A program made the translations under genes and the position numbers. From a virus (Duplodnaviria > Heunggongvirae > Uroviricota > Caudoviricetes), in the IMG/VR virus record IMGVR_UViG_3300047281_000124: a stretch of 64,000 bases of DNA; one strand, written 5' to 3'. How positions within the stretch are numbered: the stretch's first letter is position 1; each line of letters opens with the position of its first letter. Of the stretch, positions 1-8,427 are shown piece by piece. The notes under the pieces were generated by a model that saw nothing but the letters and a program-made list of their open reading frames with translations, was not told the DNA's origin and searched no databases.

Positions 1-184
1 TTCTTATATTATACTAGATACCTGTAATAGTATAGATTTATCTACAAAAGAAGTACAGTGGATATCAGAATTTGATTCTTATGCTAACGGATATAATCTA
101 ACTACTGCTGAAGATCTTAACGGGCATGGTACGAGCCATTCTGCCTCATTATATACTAAATTTCAAATATTGAAAGTATTTAGT

Positions 185-550
185 ATGCTGTATAAAGGAT
201 TATATAGTTTTAAACAAATAAGCTTTAGAACGGGTGTTAAAATAGCTTCAATAAACGCTATATGTAAAGGCATAAACCATACGTGGCTGTCTCACTACTT
301 AGATAAATATAATAAAATGCTTAGTATAGAGAGACTATCTATTAATAAAAAACCAAAAAGAGAAGATTATACTAAAATATTGGGTAAGTATCCTCAAGTA
401 ATGTCGCCAATAGGTACCATTTATACTATTGCTAAATATGGTTCAAAAGCTTTTGCTATACTACATAACTTAAATCCTAAGAGATTAAATGAGTTATTGC
501 ATGGAGATTGTAAGACACATAAGGGGTGGTATGTATATTTAGACAAATAA
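185..550 (+). CDS. hypothetical protein; start uncertain because the ORF-track start at 170 is TTG
   Basis: Six-frame ORF; the first ATG is at 185. No recognisable motif. Confidence 0.35.
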   Translation: MLYKGLYSFKQISFRTGVKIASINAICKGINHTWLSHYLDKYNKMLSIERLSINKKPKREDYTKILGKYPQVMSPIGTIYTIAKYGSKAFAILHNLNPKRLNELLHGDCKTHKGWYVYLDK

Positions 551-636
551 TAGGTGCCTAAGTTCATAGCTTAAAAAATTTATCTCTTTACAAAGTATGC
601 CGTGTGTGGTATACTTGTTCGAAATAAAGGGCTTTC

Positions 637-819
637 ATGCAACTTTCACATAATTACGTCAAAGAGCTAGAACTATTAATTCTAGACACCTTACTGCCTG
701 TTTATGAAAAACATCAGAAACAAAAGGGCATAATTGACCCACTAAAAGGCATTAACCCTGACCTTTTAGCACAAATAAAAAGCAAGAAAAAACTTCCTGC
801 TTTACTGCGTGAAAAATAG
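637..819 (+). CDS. small hypothetical protein
   Basis: 60-aa ORF with an ATG start. Confidence 0.3.
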   Translation: MQLSHNYVKELELLILDTLLPVYEKHQKQKGIIDPLKGINPDLLAQIKSKKKLPALLREK

Positions 820-821
820 AC

Positions 822-850
822 TTGACCCTAAGCCTAAGTTAATGTATAAT
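822..850 (+). promoter_or_regulatory. sigma70-like promoter: TTGACC, 17-nt spacer, TATAAT
   Basis: TTGACC at 822-827 and TATAAT at 845-850. The same TTGACCCTAAG -35 variant recurs at 10400 and 21620. Confidence 0.6.
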
Positions 851-876
851 ATACACTTAACAGCGATAAACATATT

Positions 877-1530
877 ATGACGTACAAACTAGAAGAAACA
901 CACTTTTGGGGCGGCAAAGCCTCCGTTCAAGCTAAGACAGCTCCACGTTTCCCTAAAAGTTATTATGAGATTATACCTAAAGTAATCGACCATACTGCGG
1001 AAGAAGACGAAGCTTTCTCTGCCGTGAAATACCCAGCAGATAACGGGTATCCAACTGCGGAACAGATGAAAGCAATGGCTGACGAGCTTGTATGTCGTGG
1101 CGGAAGAAAGTTATCTGAACTCACCGAATCTGCACAAAACGCAGTTGAGCAAGACATTATCAACACAGCAGGTGCTAAAATTGATAAAGATGTTCGAGAA
1201 GGTCTTATCAAAGGCCCGATGAAGTTTGATGACGGTAAGCGCGACTGGAGCCTGTTGCCCTACGATTCAATCGAAGAAATCGCTAAAGTCTTAGAGTTCG
1301 GCAAGATTAAGTATGCTGCCTGGAACTGGACTGAAGGTGGTGGATTCAAATACACTAGAGTCTTTAATGCGTCTATGCGTCACCTCTTAGCATTTATGCG
1401 CGGTGAAGACAAAGACCCTGACTCTGGACTATCACACATTGCTCACTTAGGCTGCAATGTGTTGTTCCTACTACACTTTATCCTAAATAAAGAGAAATAC
1501 AACACCTGCGATGACCGACGTGTACCCTAA
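877..1530 (+). CDS. putative dATP/dGTP diphosphohydrolase-like protein
   Basis: The KFDDGKRDWSLLP...VLEFGKIKY...RH..A..RGE..D.DSGLSHIAHL.CNVLFL pattern recalls the phage dNTP pyrophosphohydrolase N-terminal domain family. Confidence 0.4.
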   Translation: MTYKLEETHFWGGKASVQAKTAPRFPKSYYEIIPKVIDHTAEEDEAFSAVKYPADNGYPTAEQMKAMADELVCRGGRKLSELTESAQNAVEQDIINTAGAKIDKDVREGLIKGPMKFDDGKRDWSLLPYDSIEEIAKVLEFGKIKYAAWNWTEGGGFKYTRVFNASMRHLLAFMRGEDKDPDSGLSHIAHLGCNVLFLLHFILNKEKYNTCDDRRVP

Positions 1531-1750
1531 ACTGAATAAAGTGCTTAACCGCACTAGAGATAGCCTTGCTAGTACTTGCCATCAACTTGGCATTGACCCT
1601 AGCCTAGTAGACATAGATAAGCTCGATGTAGTAGCTTGCGATAATTGCTCTTATTGGGTAATGTTTGGTCTATTAGATACAGATATATCAGGTACTAGGT
1701 TTTGTCCTGCGTGTGTAATAGAAGAAGACTATAATGATGATAACTACTAA
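1511..1750 (+). CDS. small Cys-rich (zinc-ribbon-like) protein
   Basis: CDNCSYW...FCPACV cysteine pairs; start overlaps the upstream stop. Confidence 0.4.
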   Translation: MTDVYPKLNKVLNRTRDSLASTCHQLGIDPSLVDIDKLDVVACDNCSYWVMFGLLDTDISGTRFCPACVIEEDYNDDNY

Positions 1751-2129
1751 AAATGACCAAATCTTTGAATTAAGTGCACCTTATGCTAATGAGTATCAAG
1801 GGCACTGGCACAGGGCATTGTATGTCTGCAGCGCAGGTATGCTACGTTCTGCTACAGCCGCTTATGTAGGCCATCAATTGGGCCAGAATACACGTGCTTG
1901 CGGTAGCGAGAACTACGCGCTTATCCCTCTTAGCCTGAACTTAATTAACTGGGCAGAGACTATCTACTTTGTTAATGAGTTCAACTTTCTATCAGCTAAA
2001 GACACATTCTTCGGCATGGAAGGCGTAGGGCAGATGTTAGACCGTAAGTCAGTAATCTGGGACATTGAAGATGTTTATAACTATCGTGACCCTAAACTGG
2101 TGCAAATCATCACAGATTTATTGTCTTGA
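1734..2129 (+). CDS. low-molecular-weight phosphatase / ArsC-like protein
   Basis: A CX5R P-loop (VCSAGMLRS) near the N-terminus, in a 131-aa protein. Confidence 0.45.
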   Translation: MMITTKNDQIFELSAPYANEYQGHWHRALYVCSAGMLRSATAAYVGHQLGQNTRACGSENYALIPLSLNLINWAETIYFVNEFNFLSAKDTFFGMEGVGQMLDRKSVIWDIEDVYNYRDPKLVQIITDLLS

Positions 2130-2154
2130 TTTAGTAATCCGTTTGTTGTATAAT
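2126..2154 (+). promoter_or_regulatory. conserved early promoter: TTGATT, 17-nt spacer, TATAAT, then a TTAATACTTAAAC box
   Basis: A member of the repeated promoter family (see findings). Confidence 0.6.
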
Positions 2155-2176
2155 TAATACTTAAACGGAGAATAAC

Positions 2177-2320
2177 ATGGTAGATGACGACGAAAACAGC
2201 ACATACCCTAGCTTCGAACCCGAGGACTGCGAATCTTGTGGTTGCCCTGCAGGTGATTTTAGCGATGAAGACTGGGATTCTGGTCACTATAAATGTCCTG
2301 AGTGTGGCTGCGTCTGCTAA
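2177..2320 (+). CDS. small acidic Cys-rich protein (47 aa)
   Basis: ATG at 2177 with an RBS GGAG; CESCGC...CPECGC motifs; too short for the ORF track. Confidence 0.35.
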   Translation: MVDDDENSTYPSFEPEDCESCGCPAGDFSDEDWDSGHYKCPECGCVC

Positions 2321-2796
2321 TGAACATATTTTACCTTGACCGTGATATACAGAAATGCGCTCAAGCGCACTGTGATAAGCACGTTAATAAAATGATACTC
2401 GAAGGCGCACAGCTATTAGCTAGTGCGATTCACCTCACTCGCCCAGACGCATTAGAGATTCCAACTTTATACCGTTTAACACATAAAAATCATCCTGATG
2501 CTGTCTGGGTTCGTACTTCGATTAATCATTATCTATATCTAATGGATTTAATGGATGCCCTCAATGAAGAATGTCAATACCGCTACGAGCATAGTAGAGA
2601 CCACGTCTCACTCGCTAAAGTCCATGATTGGGGATACCCAGACCTACCAGATACCCCCTTTGTCGAACCGCCCAAGTGCGTTCACGATGACTGGAAGCAG
2701 GTACCAGATACTGTTGACGCTTATCGGAACTATTACCGACGAGACAAAAGAGAAATTGCTGGATGGACTAAAAGGGAACAACCCGAATGGTTTTAA
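2320..2796 (+). CDS. hypothetical protein with conserved Cys/His residues (YLDRDIQKCAQAHCDKH)
   Basis: The ATG at 2320 overlaps the upstream stop (TAATG); the track's earlier start is GTG. Confidence 0.45.
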   Translation: MNIFYLDRDIQKCAQAHCDKHVNKMILEGAQLLASAIHLTRPDALEIPTLYRLTHKNHPDAVWVRTSINHYLYLMDLMDALNEECQYRYEHSRDHVSLAKVHDWGYPDLPDTPFVEPPKCVHDDWKQVPDTVDAYRNYYRRDKREIAGWTKREQPEWF

Positions 2797-2963
2797 CTAA
2801 AGCTGAAATAGAGATTACAGAGTTTTACCGAGAAGGTATGACTGCACGAGATATTGCAGACTGTACTGGATACAGAATATATTGGATTAAAAAACTATTA
2901 GCTAATGAGCCTGAGTTCAGAGCTATTGGTTACATCTTCCGCAACCTTCCGGCCATAGTATAA
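2787..2963 (+). CDS. small HTH-like protein (58 aa)
   Basis: The ATG at 2787 overlaps the upstream stop; the 3' end overlaps tRNA-Arg. Confidence 0.25.
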   Translation: MVLTKAEIEITEFYREGMTARDIADCTGYRIYWIKKLLANEPEFRAIGYIFRNLPAIV

Positions 2964-3023
2964 CGGATAATACAGCGGTCTTCTACACCGTGAATGTGGG
3001 TTCGATTCCTACTGGCCGGACCA
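2949..3023 (+). tRNA. tRNA-Arg (anticodon TCT), CCA encoded
   Basis: Perfect 7-bp acceptor stem (CCGGCCA/TGGCCGG), D arm GTAT/ATAC, anticodon loop CTTCTAC, T loop TTCGATT. Confidence 0.8.
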
Positions 3024-3037
3024 TTAGAATTATTCAT

Positions 3038-3066
3038 TTGATTTGAGAACTTTTCTTTGTTATAAT
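3038..3066 (+). promoter_or_regulatory. conserved early promoter: ATTCATTTGATT, 17-nt spacer, TATAAT
   Basis: -35 at 3038-3043 and -10 at 3061-3066. Confidence 0.6.
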
Positions 3067-3089
3067 AATTACTTAGAAAAGGAAATAAT

Positions 3090-3407
3090 ATGTCACAATA
3101 CACACCAGAGCGTTGGGTCGTACTAGAGTTTACGCATCCTGAGCACGGAGTCTTTCGTAAAGTCTTTGCAGGCTGGTACGGCGGATTTGCTGCTGGCGAC
3201 TCGTGGAAACTTAACTCAGGTATCACATTTACTCGAATTGAAGGTAACTTTTACGAGTTTGACGGCTACAGCGGTAGCACATATATCTGCCGTAGAGGTG
3301 CCTACGGAATGAGCGGCTATATGGCCCACGTATTAGCAGGCTGGCGTGAAAAGTCTCCCTATCTAGAGATTAAAGAAATTGATCTTGAAGATATTGTGGC
3401 TTCGTGA
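3090..3407 (+). CDS. hypothetical protein
   Basis: ORF with an RBS AAAGGAAAT upstream. Confidence 0.45.
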   Translation: MSQYTPERWVVLEFTHPEHGVFRKVFAGWYGGFAAGDSWKLNSGITFTRIEGNFYEFDGYSGSTYICRRGAYGMSGYMAHVLAGWREKSPYLEIKEIDLEDIVAS

Positions 3408-3436
3408 TATAATAATTACTTAGAATAAGGAATAAC

Positions 3437-3646
3437 ATGGGATATAGCAGAGAGTTTTTGATTGATGCGTTCCTGTGGAGGTATACTGATATACTGTTAG
3501 CAGGTTCCACCGAAGAACAAGACAGCTATGTCTCTATGGTTACAAAATACTACGATGAAGTAGGCAGGGATACTTTTAGAATCTATGCAAGTTTAGACGC
3601 CGCTGAGTTACAAAAATTTAAACTTGCAACTGGTCGCAAATCATAG
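3437..3646 (+). CDS. hypothetical protein
   Basis: ORF with an RBS AAGGAAT upstream. Confidence 0.4.
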   Translation: MGYSREFLIDAFLWRYTDILLAGSTEEQDSYVSMVTKYYDEVGRDTFRIYASLDAAELQKFKLATGRKS

Positions 3647-3659
3647 TATAATAGATACT
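3618..3659 (+). repeat. 42-bp direct repeat, copy 1 (contains the promoter TTGCAA, 17-nt spacer, TATAAT)
   Basis: Identical apart from 1 mismatch to 3829-3870. Confidence 0.8.
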
Positions 3660-3828
3660 TATTCGATAGATTACCGCGTAGTGCTATAAATCAGGACGGC
3701 AATATGTTGTGAAAAATGTATTTAGTACATTACCAGTATAATCAATTGATTCGGGAGCTTGCTACCCAACTGATGCATCCAAGCCCAGTTAGCCCACTAT
3801 AGAGCCAAACGTAAGGACTATCGAATAT

Positions 3829-3870
3829 TTAAACTTGCAACTGGTCGTAAATCATAGTATAATAGATACT
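3829..3870 (+). repeat. 42-bp direct repeat, copy 2 (duplicated promoter)
   Basis: TTAAACTTGCAACTGGTCG(C/T)AAATCATAGTATAATAGATACT. Confidence 0.8.
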
Positions 3871-4088
3871 CAGAACAAAGAAACCGTGAAGCACGGGTCT
3901 TTAATAAAAAGCTAAGGCTATTGCCGTAGTTAGTGTGTTGAAAGCAAAGTCGGCTCGAAGCGTTAAGACAACCCCAGGATAATCCCTAAGTACATAGACG
4001 GCAAATCTATCGAAAAAGGTAACGTCGTAAGGCTCTTAGGCAATTAGGGTAATTTAGACGAGTAAACATACGTTTAGCTTTTTATTAA

Positions 4089-4174
4089 GGATGTTTATAC
4101 CGTTAAGGAGACGGTTCCGGCTGTAACCCGGACGCTTTGCGGCTCTGATGGATCGTTACCATCAACATCCACCA
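4089..4174 (+). tRNA. tRNA-Tyr (anticodon GTA), type II with long variable arm, CCA encoded
   Basis: Acceptor GGATGTT/AACATCC; anticodon arm TCCGG-CTGTAAC-CCGGA; T stem GATGG/CCATC with an unusual ATCGTTA T loop. Confidence 0.65.
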
Positions 4175-4377
4175 AACCCCAAGATCAGACCAACTAGAAA
4201 CCGACGGCACTGTGCGTCGGAACTTTTAGCGGTGGCATAACAACTGACTGAACTAGGCTGTTGCCTTGACCTAGTTCCCATATATTAGTATTCACACATA
4301 CGTGCCGTAATTAGGCTGATAATCTATATATTCGGTGTAGGTTAATCGCTACTGTGTTTAAGTGAGTATTAATATAT

Positions 4378-4460
4378 GGGCTGCTGGCATATACAAATTG
4401 GTACAGTTTCTCGCCTTAGAAGCGAGGCTTTTCCCGGTTCGAGTCCGGGGCAGCCCACCA
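4378..4460 (+). tRNA. atypical tRNA-like gene (83 nt); anticodon loop CTTAGAA suggests Leu-TAG
   Basis: Perfect acceptor GGGCTGC/GCAGCCC plus A plus CCA; canonical T arm CCCGG-TTCGAGT-CCGGG. The D region is over-long and does not fold canonically. Confidence 0.45.
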
Positions 4461-4523
4461 AAATTTTGAACTTGATAATTTGGTAGTCATGTGTTATAAT
4501 ATACTCATGACAAGGAAAATTAT

Positions 4524-5189
4524 ATGTTTACAGAATTAGTATTAAATAAACTTGAGCTATCCTATAGTGATATAGCTAAGAAAAAACACGGTAGTGCAAG
4601 AGAGTTCTCTTATGGAGAAGTAATTAGTAGGATATTAGCTAATCATGGTTGTTCTGCGTACAAGTTGTTCCCAGAAATTGGAGAGCAGACATTTTTTCGA
4701 ATGATGAAAAAAGCGTTCCCATTAGTATCTCTTGCAGGCGGTGAACAGACTTGGCACTATTACTTTTTATCTTTGATAAACTATAAGTATTGTGGCTCCT
4801 GTAGTACCGTTAAATGCTTCAATGATTATGCTAATAATAAGCTTAATACGCTTGGCATTGCAAGTCATTGTAAAGTTTGTAGAAATAAAGCACAAGAAGG
4901 TAGTTATGATAAGTATTTTGATTCACATCAAAAATCGTATATTAAGAATTATGGTAAGATTCGTGAAAGACAAAATCACTATAAAGGCGAGCGTACCTTA
5001 CGTATACCGCTTTGGTCTCAAACTGAGCTAATAGCTGAGTTTTATGATAGATGTCCAGAAGGTTACCAGGTAGACCATATAATACCACTAAGAGGTGAGT
5101 TAGTTAGCGGACTGCACGTAATAGATAACCTACAGTACCTTACCGTTTTAGAAAACTCAAGCAAAAGCAATAAATATGAAATACTTTAA
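4524..5189 (+). CDS. HNH homing/nicking endonuclease (paralog 1 of 3)
   Basis: C-terminal YQVDHIIPL...GLHVIDNLQYLT...N..K HNH motif; N-terminal Cys-rich region. Paralogous to 13399-14010 and 19965-20570. Confidence 0.75.
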   Translation: MFTELVLNKLELSYSDIAKKKHGSAREFSYGEVISRILANHGCSAYKLFPEIGEQTFFRMMKKAFPLVSLAGGEQTWHYYFLSLINYKYCGSCSTVKCFNDYANNKLNTLGIASHCKVCRNKAQEGSYDKYFDSHQKSYIKNYGKIRERQNHYKGERTLRIPLWSQTELIAEFYDRCPEGYQVDHIIPLRGELVSGLHVIDNLQYLTVLENSSKSNKYEIL

Positions 5190-5406
5190 TACAATTACTC
5201 AAATCACCGTAGGTAGAGCTAACGAGAACCCTGTCTATGGAGACTGCGTTCGCGTAAAGCTAGAAGACGAGTGCGGCGGAATGTTTCTAGTGTTTGAGCA
5301 ATCTGGCGAAGACGACCGCGAACATGAGGTTCGTATCTCCTTCGAAGAGTGGGATAACATCTGCCAAGCTGTTCAGATGCTAAAGAGTCAAGACTTAGTT
5401 AAGTAA
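5176..5406 (+). CDS. hypothetical acidic protein
   Basis: 76-aa ORF. Confidence 0.4.
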   Translation: MKYFNTITQITVGRANENPVYGDCVRVKLEDECGGMFLVFEQSGEDDREHEVRISFEEWDNICQAVQMLKSQDLVK

Positions 5407-5464
5407 TCATTAAACCCTAAATTGGAGAAAATTATGCGAATGTAAAACTACATAGGAGCATAGT

Positions 5465-5740
5465 ATGTCTAGAACATATAAAGATCGTCCCTCTAAAGTC
5501 AGGTTTCCTGAAGTGTATCCATATTGGGTAGACGTAGAGAAGACAAAGAAAAGTCGTAATGTTGATACTGAGTGGCATTGGATGAGTACACCTAACTGGT
5601 GGATTCATATCTGGATGACTCGACCTCAACGTCGCGCAGGCAATGTTTGGGAACATATCGTTACTCAGACTGCCGTAGAAGAAATTGACTTACTAGATGT
5701 CCCTAGTGTTAGTCGTAAACCCCACATATATTATTGGTAA
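5465..5740 (+). CDS. hypothetical protein
   Basis: ORF with an RBS AGGAGC. Confidence 0.4.
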   Translation: MSRTYKDRPSKVRFPEVYPYWVDVEKTKKSRNVDTEWHWMSTPNWWIHIWMTRPQRRAGNVWEHIVTQTAVEEIDLLDVPSVSRKPHIYYW

Positions 5741-5744
5741 TCAA

Positions 5745-5939
5745 ATGAAACAACTATTCCTAGCTCTCGCTGCTTTCGCAGTTATCGTATCAGCCCAAGC
5801 AACTGCTGTTGTTACTCCCGTTGCTAAAGCTTCTGCTGTTGGTACACCTTTGCCAGCTGCATCTGCTCCAGTAACTGCCACAGTTAAAGCTAAGCAAGTT
5901 GCTAAAAAGCCTGAAGTTGCTGCATCTGCCCCTAAGTAG
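5745..5939 (+). CDS. small secreted Ala/Val/Thr-rich protein (signal peptide)
   Basis: MKQLFLALAAFAVIVSAQA signal-like N-terminus followed by a low-complexity A/V/T/P region. Confidence 0.4.
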   Translation: MKQLFLALAAFAVIVSAQATAVVTPVAKASAVGTPLPAASAPVTATVKAKQVAKKPEVAASAPK

Positions 5940-5950
5940 TAAAATTGTGT

Positions 5951-6721
5951 ATGTTTTTTGATACGTACCCTGAGTTTGTAGATAAAGACGTGAGAAAAGA
6001 TAGGGCTGTTTTACAAGTTACGTCAGAGTCTCTATCTAAAAGGTGTGCTTCAATACTCCCCCTTAATATAGTTAGTGGGGCCACTATTTTAGACCTAGGT
6101 TCTGCTCTTGGTGCAATGGGGCACTACGGTTTAACTATGGGTGCTTCTAGGTACACTGGTGTAGAAATACAGCAGCACTATAGAAACAGCTCTTTTGAAC
6201 TTCTTGGTAAGTATCACACAGCCAGTTCTTGGAATATATTAGAGACCGTTACCCAAGTATCGGGTGTCTATGATGTGGTTTTAGCTTGTGGGTTTTTACA
6301 CGGCTTTATAGACATTTTTGGTACTATAGAACGGGTTTGCAAACTTTCCAGTAAATACGTTATTATAGAGACTACAAGACCTACTATAGCATCTTTTGTC
6401 AAAGATAGCTCAGTTGGATATAAAAACGTAGGGCCTTCAATAGTTTTTATTGATAACGTTACAATGGTAAAAAATACTGGATATTATTCAAATTATAGTG
6501 GAGTATCTTCTTTAGCTAATAAAGAAGCCATAGACTTAATAATGTTGTTAAATGGGTTTCATGAAGACCACGATGCCCGTCCTGCTCCTATTATAGATAG
6601 TCATGATGCATACCAGGAAAATGCTGGTATGCATTCTCGCTTTATTACTAGGTATCTAAAAAAATTACCTATGGCCTCCTTAGAAAGTAGTATCAAGCAT
6701 GATAACTTGGGAATTCAATAA
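5951..6721 (+). CDS. CmoB-like class I SAM-dependent enzyme (tRNA U34 carboxymethyltransferase family)
   Basis: Motif I ILDLGSALG; YDVVLACGFLHG and KYVIIETT blocks align with E. coli CmoB FDTVFSMGVLYH and GELVLETL (from memory). Confidence 0.5.
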   Translation: MFFDTYPEFVDKDVRKDRAVLQVTSESLSKRCASILPLNIVSGATILDLGSALGAMGHYGLTMGASRYTGVEIQQHYRNSSFELLGKYHTASSWNILETVTQVSGVYDVVLACGFLHGFIDIFGTIERVCKLSSKYVIIETTRPTIASFVKDSSVGYKNVGPSIVFIDNVTMVKNTGYYSNYSGVSSLANKEAIDLIMLLNGFHEDHDARPAPIIDSHDAYQENAGMHSRFITRYLKKLPMASLESSIKHDNLGIQ

Positions 6722-7319
6722 AGACGTTGCTAGTAGATTTCTTAGTGAGGCAAGTAACCATATTCCGGATTATTTTAAAGTTATTCAGATATGCTTAGAG
6801 TATGCACAATTTTACCCAAAAAGCGCTACTATTTTAGATATAGGTAGCGCTTTAGGTGAGACTGTTTTTACTTTTAAAAATAGCGGATACTTCAATACTT
6901 ACGGTGTAGATTCAAGTATTGATATGATACGTGCTTCCAGGTATCCAGATAGCACTATTCACTCCAGCACTATGCCCAAAATTTTATGTGACTTAGTTTT
7001 ATTTAATTGGACACTACACTTTATTAAGGAAAAGCAGGAGTATTTAAGAGATGTTTTTAACAATCTCCATACAAACGGAACGCTTATTTTAACGGATAAA
7101 ACAGCTCAAACTGCAAATATTAAAAATCTGTACTATTCTTTTAAACAAAAGAACGGTGTTACCGACAATTATATTCTTGAAAAAGAAAAAATGCTTGTAC
7201 ATAGTATGTATATTAAAGATTTTTCTTGGTATACTGAAACTTTACATGAAATAGGCTTTGCTAGTGTGGAAGTCGTAAATGCTAAGTACGGTTTTGTTAC
7301 TTTTGTATGCCAGAAATAA
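6699..7319 (+). CDS. CmoA-like carboxy-SAM synthase family protein
   Basis: W.F..V...F...IP.Y...I....E.A, then ATILDIGSALG (CmoA has VYDLGCSLGAATL), FNWTLHFI (CmoA has LNFTLQFL), then a C-terminal GF..VE block. Confidence 0.55.
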   Translation: MITWEFNKDVASRFLSEASNHIPDYFKVIQICLEYAQFYPKSATILDIGSALGETVFTFKNSGYFNTYGVDSSIDMIRASRYPDSTIHSSTMPKILCDLVLFNWTLHFIKEKQEYLRDVFNNLHTNGTLILTDKTAQTANIKNLYYSFKQKNGVTDNYILEKEKMLVHSMYIKDFSWYTETLHEIGFASVEVVNAKYGFVTFVCQK

Positions 7320-7491
7320 GCAGTAAAAATTTAAACTTGTTTCGGTAACTGTTTACTGTTATAATTATATCTCTGGCGAAATAGACAATCTAGTCTAAGC
7401 AGCATGAACTGGCGAATCTTAACAGAATCAATAAAGCCATAAAAACACCCACCAGATTGGAACGCTCTGGATTAACAAAAGTTACCATCAT

Positions 7492-7569
7492 CTGTGCGTG
7501 AGAAAGTCTGGTTAATCTACTCGCCTTGGAAGTGAGAAATCGTAGGTTCGAATCCTACCGCACAGACCA
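7492..7569 (+). tRNA. tRNA-Pro (anticodon TGG), CCA encoded
   Basis: Perfect acceptor CTGTGCG/CGCACAG; anticodon arm CTCGC-CTTGGAA-GTGAG; T arm GTAGG-TTCGAAT-CCTAC. The D arm is slightly irregular. Confidence 0.7.
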
Positions 7570-7754
7570 CTTAATTTAGTACTATCTAGCAGCCATATTA
7601 GTTGGGGCTTTGCAGACCAATACGAATAAGGGTACCCGGCCGGTATATCCCTAATGAGGTCTATGTCTATTGATAGGGGCGTCGAAAACCCTGAACCTTA
7701 GTCTATGCGGAAACGTAGGTAGAATGATAGTATTAAATTAAATGGAGAAATAAT

Positions 7755-8195
7755 ATGTTAGTAGATAATATGAAGGTGCTTTTAGCATCAAGTTTTAGTT
7801 TGTATCTAAAGGCGTCCAACTTTCATTGGAATGTAGAAGGCCCAAACTTCCCACAGTATCACAGCTTTCTCGGAGATTTTTACAGCGACATTTATGGGAC
7901 TGTAGATACTACTGCCGAGTACATTCGTGCTCTTGATAGCTATACTCCTGGCAGCTTGGCTCGTTTTCAGGAACTTACATTCATTCAAGACTGCACAGAA
8001 CAGTTGTTACCAATGGATCAATTTTCTGAGCTACTAAAAGATAGTAATCTATTCTTAGAGTATTTGAATGGAACCTTCATGCTAGCTTCTGCTGAGAATC
8101 AGCAAGGTATTGCAAACTTCCTAGCCGAACGTATTGACGCAATGCAAAAACATAACTGGATGCTTCGTAGCATTCTTAAAACATCAAAGATGTAA
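7755..8195 (+). CDS. Dps-like ferritin (DNA-binding ferritin-like protein)
   Basis: NFHWNVEGPNF..YHSFLGDFY...VDTTAEY matches the Dps ferroxidase-centre signature (HW-N-x-G-x-NF...H...D..E). Confidence 0.6.
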   Translation: MLVDNMKVLLASSFSLYLKASNFHWNVEGPNFPQYHSFLGDFYSDIYGTVDTTAEYIRALDSYTPGSLARFQELTFIQDCTEQLLPMDQFSELLKDSNLFLEYLNGTFMLASAENQQGIANFLAERIDAMQKHNWMLRSILKTSKM

Positions 8196-8203
8196 ACACT
8201 TTC

Positions 8204-8279
8204 GGGGGTGTAGCTCAGCTGGGAGAGCGGCTGCTTTGCAAGCAGTAGGTAGCGGGTTCGAGTCCTGTCATCTCCACCA
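8204..8279 (+). tRNA. tRNA-Ala (anticodon TGC), CCA encoded
   Basis: Acceptor GGGGGTG with a G3:U70 wobble pair (the Ala identity element); D arm GCTC/GAGC; anticodon loop TTTGCAA. Confidence 0.8.
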
Positions 8280-8427
8280 AATAACGAAGACTGAAATCGG
8301 ATCACCGATGGATAAAGTGGACGACACGTTAGCGTGTAGGCTGTCTTCACCAATAATAAGGGTTCCTATGAAACGTATATTTAATTCGACTATTTCATCC
8401 ACATAAGATACCCTTATTTCCTCAAAT

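Noticed and set aside
963-1211. Antisense ORF (82 aa) inside the dNTP-pyrophosphohydrolase-like gene, and many other 60-100 aa opposite-strand ORFs (e.g. 2081-2287, 7806-7988, 10549-10923, 14931-15227, 20755-21107, 35350-35785, 39264-40100, 49254-50618, 51534-52055)
   Set aside because: They are fully nested in longer ORFs with clear homology or coding bias and lack promoters and RBSs, so they are treated as frame shadows.
4792-5031. 79-aa alternate-frame ORF inside HNH endonuclease 1
   Set aside because: It is nested, and the HNH frame is clearly the real one.
8099-8406. ORFs 8099-8353 (-) and 8134-8406 (+) overlapping tRNA-Ala
   Set aside because: They overlap a canonical tRNA and a terminator, so they are spurious.
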